Origin: Arenicellales bacterium
GTDB lineage: Bacteria; Pseudomonadota; Gammaproteobacteria; Arenicellales; JAJDZL01
Length of the DNA stretch: 64,000 bases
Assembly: GCA_965214875.1 (NCBI GenBank)
Contig: OZ243980.1
Location: forward strand, 1,496,009-1,560,008
Direction of reading: 5' to 3'
The stretch's first letter is position 1, and every line of letters begins with the position of its first letter. Under the pieces are notes generated by a model that worked only from the letters and a program-made list of their open reading frames with translations, searched no databases and was not told where the DNA came from. Below are positions 57,440-64,000 of the stretch, piece by piece. Position numbers and translations under genes: made by a program.

Positions 57440-57647
57440 TGAACTTTTCGCAAGCCCGCCCGAAGCCGCATCGCGGCAGCTGCCGGAGCGTCGCGCCCGC
57501 GCCAAGTGTCTGGCGGCTCGTCTTGCCGGTGCCGTCCGGCCAGCGCATCTTGAACAGCTCGTCGAGGCGCTTGTCCTCGTCGCCGTATTATTGAAGGAAT
57601 TCGTCCGGGCTGAGGCCTTTCTGGAACTGGACAGCATTTCGCTTCAT
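57440..57647 (-). pseudogene. IS1595-family transposase N-terminal fragment
   Basis: My translation from ATG 57647: MKRNAVQFQKGLSPDEFLQ*YGDEDKRLDELFKMRWPDGTGKTS. It matches the conserved IS1595/ISXO2-like start (..NAVQFQKGLSL.EFL..YGTEE.C...L...RWP.GF.CP). It has an in-frame TAA and the zinc-finger cysteines are lost. Confidence 0.55.
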
Positions 57648-58315
57648 GGCTGATGCCCGCTTCTAATCAAATGCTTGCAATGATTCCATCATGCCATGAA
57701 ACGAACTTGTAATTAGCGATAACTAGGAAATTCATTGTCCATGGAAACTCCAGCACCCCGCGGCATGGTCGATTTGATTCTGGCCGAACCGACGGCCATC
57801 CTGTATGCCAAGATGGCGGTAGCTTGAGCTGGGCAAGATAAGCGAGGTGCGCGATATAGTTGAAGCGCTCCTACAGCGGCATGAATATATTTTTTCAAGC
57901 ATGATCGTTTTTCCGTAAATGTGAAAAACGATCATCGCGACATATTCTCTGCCAAAACCGAATTAAGGAGCTTTGCAACGAATTTCATGCGATCAAGCCG
58001 CGCTACCCTGTATGCGTTGGACTGCTAAAATCAGGCTGTAGCCCAGAATTTAGGTTTTACTTTCGGATTGAATGGGGTGCGAACCCTAAAAATGTGAGTG
58101 CATCTGTGGTAGCATCCGAATAAGATACTCAACGTTCGCGAATGAGCTCATGGTGCCCATGATGCGGAATTAAAAGTGTCATGCAACTTGCTCAATTCAT
58201 TTCTATTGACCCGATCGGTCGCCAAGTGCCTAAATCAGATTGATAGTTTCGTATCGTTGACGGAAGTGCGCATGGCGGCGCATCGCAACAACCGGCGATT
58301 GTGATTTCATAGGCT

Positions 58316-58996
58316 ATGTCGAAGATTGGCGTCATCATGTTGAACACTGGATTTCCCCGCCTTGTGGGGGACATCGGCAATCCTGATACATTTGATCGCG
58401 CTGTGGATTACGAAGTGATCGAAGCAGGCACCGTCGGTGCTGTTGTCGGGCCTGAACCTCCAAATGAGAAAATCCTGCATCAATCTGCCCGTGCCGCACA
58501 AAATCTTGAAAGGCGAGGTGCCACTGTAATAGGCTCCAGTTGCGGGTTTTTGTATTCGATTCAGGATGAAATCTGCAAATATGTGTCCGTCCCGGTGCTG
58601 GCTTCGGCCTTGCTGGTTATTCCAACACTGCGGACGATGTACGGAACTGATGCAGGTATTGGCATCTTGACATATGATCGACGGGCTTTGGAAAATGCCT
58701 CGGCGTTCCAAGCCATGGGAAGCTCAATTTATATTCAAGGGATTCCCAAGCATGGGCATTTGTATCGAGTTATCAAGAATGATTTGCCAAACCTTGACTA
58801 CGACACAGCACAGGATGAAGTCACAGCAACGGTACAAGAACTTCTGCAACAAAGCCCAGACATCAGGCTGTTTGTCTTTGAATGCACCAACTTGTCACCG
58901 TATAAGGCGAAAATTATTGAGCAATTCGGCCACCCGGTGTTCGATCTTGTCGATATGTTGAAATGGGTGGCAGGATCGAGCGAGATAACGGAATAA
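58316..58996 (+). CDS. Asp/Glu/hydantoin-racemase-superfamily protein
   Basis: 226 aa: IGVIMLNTGFPRLVGDIGNP...VIGSSCGFL...FVFECTNLSPY. The two Cys-containing half-site motifs are arranged as in Asp/Glu racemase-like enzymes. Confidence 0.6.
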   Translation: MSKIGVIMLNTGFPRLVGDIGNPDTFDRAVDYEVIEAGTVGAVVGPEPPNEKILHQSARAAQNLERRGATVIGSSCGFLYSIQDEICKYVSVPVLASALLVIPTLRTMYGTDAGIGILTYDRRALENASAFQAMGSSIYIQGIPKHGHLYRVIKNDLPNLDYDTAQDEVTATVQELLQQSPDIRLFVFECTNLSPYKAKIIEQFGHPVFDLVDMLKWVAGSSEITE

Positions 58997-59107
58997 GTAA
59001 AAATAGGGCGAAACTTGAATGAGAATATCGCGGGGAAACGAATCTCAAAGCAAAGCCGCTCCTGATACGCATTTCGACTGCATCGGCAGCTGTTGCCCGC
59101 CGAACTC

Positions 59108-60409
59108 TCACCGCTGATACATAATGCTAGGCAAAAATGTGGCTAGCTCAGGGAATGCGAGCAAAATCCCTACCGCGACGATCATCAGCAGAAACATCGG
59201 CAGTGCGGCACGGGAAATGAATGCCATGTCTTTCCCTGTCATATCTTGCAAGACGAATAGGTTGAATCCGACTGGTGGTGTGATCTGAGCCATCTCGACG
59301 GCCACCATCAGAAAAATACCAAACCAAATCATGTCGAACCCGGCGCTCCGGGCCATTGGCTCAATAACTGCCATGGTAAGGACGACTGAAGAAATTCCAT
59401 CTAAGAAACAGCCAAGGATGATGTAAAAGGTCAGAAGCGCAAAAATCAACATCCACGGAGATAGTTGCAACTCTCCAATCCATTCGGCCAAGGCTCGCGG
59501 CAAGCCGGTAAACCCCATCGTCAACGACAGAAATGTCGAACCGGCCAAAATGAAAGCGATCATGGCCGATGTTCGGGTGGCACCAAGTAAGGAAGCTACG
59601 AAGCTGTCTCGTGTCAAAGACCCCTGCATAGCGGAAAGAGCTAATGCGCCAGCGACGCCAAGAGCTGCAGCTTCTGTCGCTGTGGCTAGACCAAGATAGA
59701 TTGACGACATTACTCCTGCAATAAGCAGAAACACTGGAATCAATTGGCCGACATCTTTCAGTCGGCCAACTTTTTTTTGATCGAGGGATTCCTTGTTGCG
59801 ACCTTTGGTTATGATCCCCCATGTCGCGACGTATCCCATAAATAGTGTGGCCAGCATGAGTCCCGGCAAAATGCCGGCTATGAACAATTGCGCGATTGAC
59901 TCGTTTACCGTAACACCGTAAATGATCAAAGTTATCGAGGGCGGGATTAGAAGGCCAAGCGTTCCAGCCCCGGCCAGCGTCCCGATGATCATTCTCTCAG
60001 GATATTTGCGTGCCCGAAGTTCCGGGATGGACATCTTGCCGACGGTTGCAACCGTTGCGGCGGAAGAGCCGGAAATTGCCGCAAAAACCGTGCAGCCGGC
60101 GATATTCACATGAAGTAGGCCGCCTGGGAGTTTCCAGAGGATGGGGGAAAGCCCTTTGAATAGGTTCTCTGACATTTTGGTGCGAAAAAGAATTTCGCCC
60201 ATCCAGATGAACAATGGCAGTGCGGTTAGCGTCCAGCTCGATGCTCCGCCCCAAATCGTAGTTGCCATTGCATCGCCGACCGGCCGGTCTGTGAACAACA
60301 TCATTCCAACCCATGCCACCCCAATCAAGCTGATCGCAATCCAGACTCCCGAGCCAAGAAGGAAGAACAATACGAACAGAAAGACGATGATTAGGTTGAA
60401 TTCTTCCAT
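59108..60409 (-). CDS. dctM: TRAP transporter large permease DctM
   Basis: From ATG 60409: MEEFNLIIVFLFVLFFLLGSGVWIAISLIGV... About 433 aa, polytopic, preceded by dctQ and dctP. Confidence 0.85.
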   Translation of the reverse strand: MEEFNLIIVFLFVLFFLLGSGVWIAISLIGVAWVGMMLFTDRPVGDAMATTIWGGASSWTLTALPLFIWMGEILFRTKMSENLFKGLSPILWKLPGGLLHVNIAGCTVFAAISGSSAATVATVGKMSIPELRARKYPERMIIGTLAGAGTLGLLIPPSITLIIYGVTVNESIAQLFIAGILPGLMLATLFMGYVATWGIITKGRNKESLDQKKVGRLKDVGQLIPVFLLIAGVMSSIYLGLATATEAAALGVAGALALSAMQGSLTRDSFVASLLGATRTSAMIAFILAGSTFLSLTMGFTGLPRALAEWIGELQLSPWMLIFALLTFYIILGCFLDGISSVVLTMAVIEPMARSAGFDMIWFGIFLMVAVEMAQITPPVGFNLFVLQDMTGKDMAFISRAALPMFLLMIVAVGILLAFPELATFLPSIMYQR

Positions 60410-60918
60410 TGCTGCAGCGAATGCGTATTGCGCCCGGTCACAAACTTGATCAAATGATGCAGAATACAAACGGTCAAGACAAATGCGCCGACCATCGCGA
60501 CGGATTGTGGCTTCCAAAGCAAAATTGCATCGGACCCTTCGCTATGCTCGTTGAATTTCCATGACCAGTACACAAGCCTGGCCATGTAGAAAGAAAGCAA
60601 CGTGGAGACGACAGCAGCAACCGAGAGACACCAAAGTTCGGCGTACCAGCGGCTCAATTTGCCAAATCGAGAAATCACGATTTCAACCCGGATATGCCCG
60701 TGCTGATGAAATGTATAAGCCAATGCTAGGAAACTCGCTGCCACCATCGCATAACCCGAAAATTCCGTCAGCCCAGGAATATAGGTTGAAAATAATCGCG
60801 ATATGATGCTGGTGAGCACCAATATCGCGATTACAACAAGGCAAACGGCGGCCAAGTAGCCGCTGAATCGGTACAGCCTGATCAGCCACCGGTCAACGCT
60901 TGCGAAAAATCTTTTCAT
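60391..60918 (-). CDS. dctQ: TRAP transporter small permease DctQ
   Basis: From ATG 60918: MKRFFASVDRWLIRLYRFSGYLAAVCLVVIAILVL... About 175 aa, 4 TM, overlapping the dctM start. Confidence 0.75.
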   Translation of the reverse strand: MKRFFASVDRWLIRLYRFSGYLAAVCLVVIAILVLTSIISRLFSTYIPGLTEFSGYAMVAASFLALAYTFHQHGHIRVEIVISRFGKLSRWYAELWCLSVAAVVSTLLSFYMARLVYWSWKFNEHSEGSDAILLWKPQSVAMVGAFVLTVCILHHLIKFVTGRNTHSLQQWKNST

Positions 60919-60959
60919 CTGCAGTGCAGTTCCACTTGCATTGCCCGAACAGCGTCGGG

Positions 60960-61931
60960 TCACATCGCATGGAATGCTTCGATTGCCGCTTTTCCAGTCT
61001 CGCCAGAACGTTCTAGCCATTCACTAGTCATGATCGTTCCGATTGCCTTGAAATCAGATTTGAGCTGGTCGCTGGGAGGCAGAATCGCCATGCCGTTAGC
61101 CTGCAGCTGCTCTTTATACCAGTCTGCCAATTCTTCAGCCTTTGCCCAACCTGCTTGTTCCGCATCCGCAGCGGCGTTTCGGATAATGGCCTGTGTGGGC
61201 GCATCAAGACTGTCCCAAGCCGCCTTATTTGCGATTACCATGTTCTTTGGCAGCCATGCTTGCACGTCGTACCAATGAGAAGTATGCTCCCAGAGTTTTC
61301 TGTCGTAGCCGGTTGAACCTGAAGATATCATGCTCTCCGCTTGCCCTGTCGCAAATGCCTGCGACACCTCTGCCGCCTCAATTTTGGTTGGCACCGCACC
61401 CATCAGGTCAGCGAGTCTAGATGTGGCAGAATTGTATGCTCTGAACTTGACTCCCTCCATATCGGCGGCACTGTTGATTGGCTTGACGGCGTAAAGCCCT
61501 TGCGGCGGCCAAGGCACCGCGTAGAGGAAAACCAGGCCTTGTTCTTGAAGCAGTTTCTCCAGAAATGGCTTGGTGGCTTCATGCAGTTTCTTTGCGTCAG
61601 CGAAACTGGTAGCCAGAAAAGGCAACGCATCAATTTCAAAGATTGGATCTTCGTTGCCGAGTGCTGAAATCAGTCGTTCGCCGATCGGTGCCTGACCGGT
61701 TCTGACTGCTCGAAATATTTCGCCTCCCTTGTAAAGTGATCCGGACGGATGGGGAACGATCTCTAGTTCGCCACCGGTAGCTTCTGTAACTGCAGCTGCG
61801 AATCTTGCAGCATTTTCAGAATGATAGTTTGTCGCCGAATAGGCGAGAGGCATGTCCCACTTTGCAGCGAGCGCCGCACTTGGAAGCAGTAGCGACGATG
61901 CAGCGCATAGTGCCATTACACTTTTTTTCAT
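60960..61931 (-). CDS. dctP: TRAP transporter substrate-binding protein DctP
   Basis: 323 aa: signal peptide MKKSVMALCAASSLLLPSAALA, then KWDMPLAYSATNYHSENAARFA... and the ..YDRKLWEH.. DctP-family pattern. Confidence 0.85.
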   Translation of the reverse strand: MKKSVMALCAASSLLLPSAALAAKWDMPLAYSATNYHSENAARFAAAVTEATGGELEIVPHPSGSLYKGGEIFRAVRTGQAPIGERLISALGNEDPIFEIDALPFLATSFADAKKLHEATKPFLEKLLQEQGLVFLYAVPWPPQGLYAVKPINSAADMEGVKFRAYNSATSRLADLMGAVPTKIEAAEVSQAFATGQAESMISSGSTGYDRKLWEHTSHWYDVQAWLPKNMVIANKAAWDSLDAPTQAIIRNAAADAEQAGWAKAEELADWYKEQLQANGMAILPPSDQLKSDFKAIGTIMTSEWLERSGETGKAAIEAFHAM

Positions 61932-62092
61932 GAATATACTCCTATTGTCCTATTGTTTGAAGTTGGTGATATGCGCATCAGCTTCTGTGATGCTAGGAAC
62001 TGAGGGGAAATGCTCTCTTTCCTGCGAATATGCTAATAGTTGCAATTGAGAAGATTAACATATTCATGCGATCTTTTGCAGTTTGTTCCCTT

Positions 62093-63716
62093 AAAATCGC
62101 GTTAGGGTGGCTGCAAAAGGGGATAAAGCCTTGCATAATGCGGGTTTTTAACAAAATCACATTTCACCCGTTGGGCGGACCCGATCGGAGCAAGGCTTTA
62201 TGGACATCCAATCATACAAGATTTCGACCACGAAAGACAAATCGGCTTCGCGAAGCGGCCTGGCGGCGCTCGCCGAGCTGATCCGCAAGCTGGGGCTCGA
62301 CACCCATTTCGAGCGGCTGATGCCGGAGCCGGGCAGCAGCCGCGGCTTGCGCCCGGGGGCGTATTTGACGACGTTCATGCTGATGATGCACGAGGGCTCG
62401 CGGCATCTGAGCGGAGTGGCGCAGCTGCGCGAGGAGCGGCCGCTGCTGGAGCTGCTCGGCATCCGCCGGCTGCCGGGCGACGACGCCTTGGGCCGCACGC
62501 TGCATGCCCTGCAGCTGGTGAACCGCCGGCTGCTGGCGGTCGCGCTGCACCATCGGAAAAGGGCGGCCCTGGACATCGACGCGACCGCGGCGCTGCGAGA
62601 AGTCTTCGGCGGAGTTCACGTACAAGAAGGAGCGGGGCTGCATGCCGATCGTCGGCCATATCGCCGAGACCGGCATGGCGGTGGCGGCGGAGTTCAGGGG
62701 CGGCCCGGTCTCGCCGAACGCGCGCAACTTCGAGTTCGTCCGCCAGTGCGAGCGCGCCCTGCCCAAGGGCGCCGAGGTGCATCGCGCCCGCATCGACGCG
62801 GCGGGCTGCCAGGCGAGGATCATCAACCACTTCACGAGCCGGGGAATCGGCTACGCGATCCGCGCCAGGCTCGACGCGAGCGTGGTCGAGCAGACCGGGG
62901 CGCTGGACGAGTCGCGGCGGCAGCCCTTCATCGAGCGCGACGGGACGGCGAGCGAGACGCAGCAGACGGCGCGGTTCCCGCACTCGATGAACGACACGCC
63001 CGAAGCGTTCGCGGTGGTGGTGCAGCGGCTTAGAAAATCCGGCCAGCAGGAGCTCGAGCCCGGCTGCCCGCAGGCCGGCGACACCCTGTCGCAGGGCGGC
63101 TACATCTACCGGGCGCTGGCGACCAGCCTCTGCCGGCGGAGCGACTCGCGGGCGGTCCGCTGATGCAGCCGCAGGGGCGACGACTCCGAAAATCGCATCC
63201 GCGAGCTTCGCAGCGGCTTCGGCGCGGCGCATCCCCCGTGCAGCGACTTCCATGCCAACGCGCTGCATTCCGCGCTGTGCATGCTCGCGTTCAACCTGTT
63301 CGCGCTGATGCGCCAGGCGCTGGACGCGAGCTGCGAGTCGATGCGCATCGAGACCTTTCGCCGCCGGCTCTGCTGCAGGGCGGGCAAGATCGCGCGCCAT
63401 GCCAGGGGCCGGGCCTTGAAGCTGTGCGACGCGCGCGCGGCGGCTTAGCGACGCCATCGGCATGATCCGGGCGACGGCCCTGGCGCCGCAGCCGCCGGAA
63501 ACGCAAAAAAAGCATCGCGCGCACGACAAAAAAATCGGCTGCGTCCCGGCGCGTTGCGGACTGTCATTGATCTTTCGCCCCGGTTCCGCTCCTCCGCCCT
63601 TTCCGGCCGCGTCCCGCCCGCAAGCCCGCCCGGCATCGCCGCGGCGAACGCCAAAATCTCTCCGCGCCCCGGATTTCGGCAAAATCCGCCCCAAAAAAAT
63701 CTCTAACGCGGATTTT
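62093..63716 (+). mobile_element. IS1380-like insertion sequence (about 1.6 kb, both ends present)
   Basis: Left end (cc)ttAAAATCGCGTTAGGGTGG. Right end in reverse complement cccAAAATCCGCGTTAGAGAT. It holds one transposase gene in three frames. High G+C. Confidence 0.7.
62200..63448 (+). pseudogene. IS1380-family DDE transposase, broken into at least 3 frames
   Basis: Frame 1: MDIQSYKISTTKDKSASRSGLAALAELIRKLGLDTHFERLMPEPGSSRGLRPGAYLTTFMLMMHEG... Frame 2 (from about 62640): PIVGHIAETGMAVAAEFRGG..SPNARNFEFVRQCERALP...IDAAGCQARIINHFTSRGIGYAIRARLD. Frame 3 (from about 63170): ENRIRELRSGFGAAHPPCSDFHANALHSALCMLAFNLFALMRQAL...RRRLCCRAGKIARHARGRALKL, with stop at 63446-48. Confidence 0.7.
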
Positions 63717-64000
63717 GGGTGTTCCTCGCGATACCCATAGGCATCGAATCGGGTTTATGCCATTTCCGTGATGCGGCTTGACACCGAGTTTGCTCGCGTA
63801 TCGCTGGATTGTCGTCGTTCAGGGAAAATGGGCGGGCAGGAGCCTCGCTGTCCGCCTTGACACTGGTTCGCCGCAAACGGCGGATTACAGGGATAGTTCG
63901 TGATTGAAATAGCCGGCGTTGGAATCCGGCGGGGCAGATCATTCTCGCAGACTGAGCTTTAAGGGTCGGGGCTTGAAGTTGCACGAAAATTCTCTGGATG

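Noticed and set aside
62375-63694. A 439-aa minus-strand ORF across the IS1380-like element
   Set aside because: It is the antisense shadow of the GC-rich transposase pseudogene. Its composition is Arg/Ala/Pro-dominated with no motifs. The + strand carries the IS1380-type blocks.

Overview
The window is a chromosomal segment of a proteobacterium with about 50% G+C. Its gene set looks Gamma/Beta-like: ccoI-ccoS, mpl, dsbA, an aceK remnant and a rodZ-like gene. Housekeeping and catabolic content comprises:
- an IorAB-like molybdenum hydroxylase and an RND pump permease;
- TctCBA + GntR + oxc-frc (oxalate catabolism);
- a corrinoid methyl-transfer module, a D-aminoacylase and a hydantoinase-like gene;
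- a TRAP transporter;
- three tRNAs: Arg-CCG, Ala-CGC and Thr-CGU.

The segment is heavily invaded by visibly GC-rich (about 70%) mobile DNA:
- four copies of one IS481-like element in different states of decay;
- three IS1380-like copies or remnants;
- one IS30-like element, an IS1595-like fragment and a 228-bp MITE;
- a ~6.5-kb high-GC island carrying a 1213-aa autotransporter.

Several host genes look damaged or rearranged. aceK has at least 5 frame breaks. ccoI and a TauE-like gene are truncated head to head. An RND permease and an orphan periplasmic adaptor lie 20 kb apart in convergent orientation.

The most unusual signal is six C/G homopolymers of 9-12 nt within 27.5 kb. Three of them sit in the same layout: RBS, ATG, short leader, poly-C, then a signal peptide. 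The autotransporter (C9) and a second secreted-protein gene (C11) are each out of frame by one nucleotide, in opposite directions, and both would be restored at C10. I read these as candidate slipped-strand phase-variable (contingency) loci. Homopolymer sequencing error is the main alternative. I found no CRISPR array and no rRNA.
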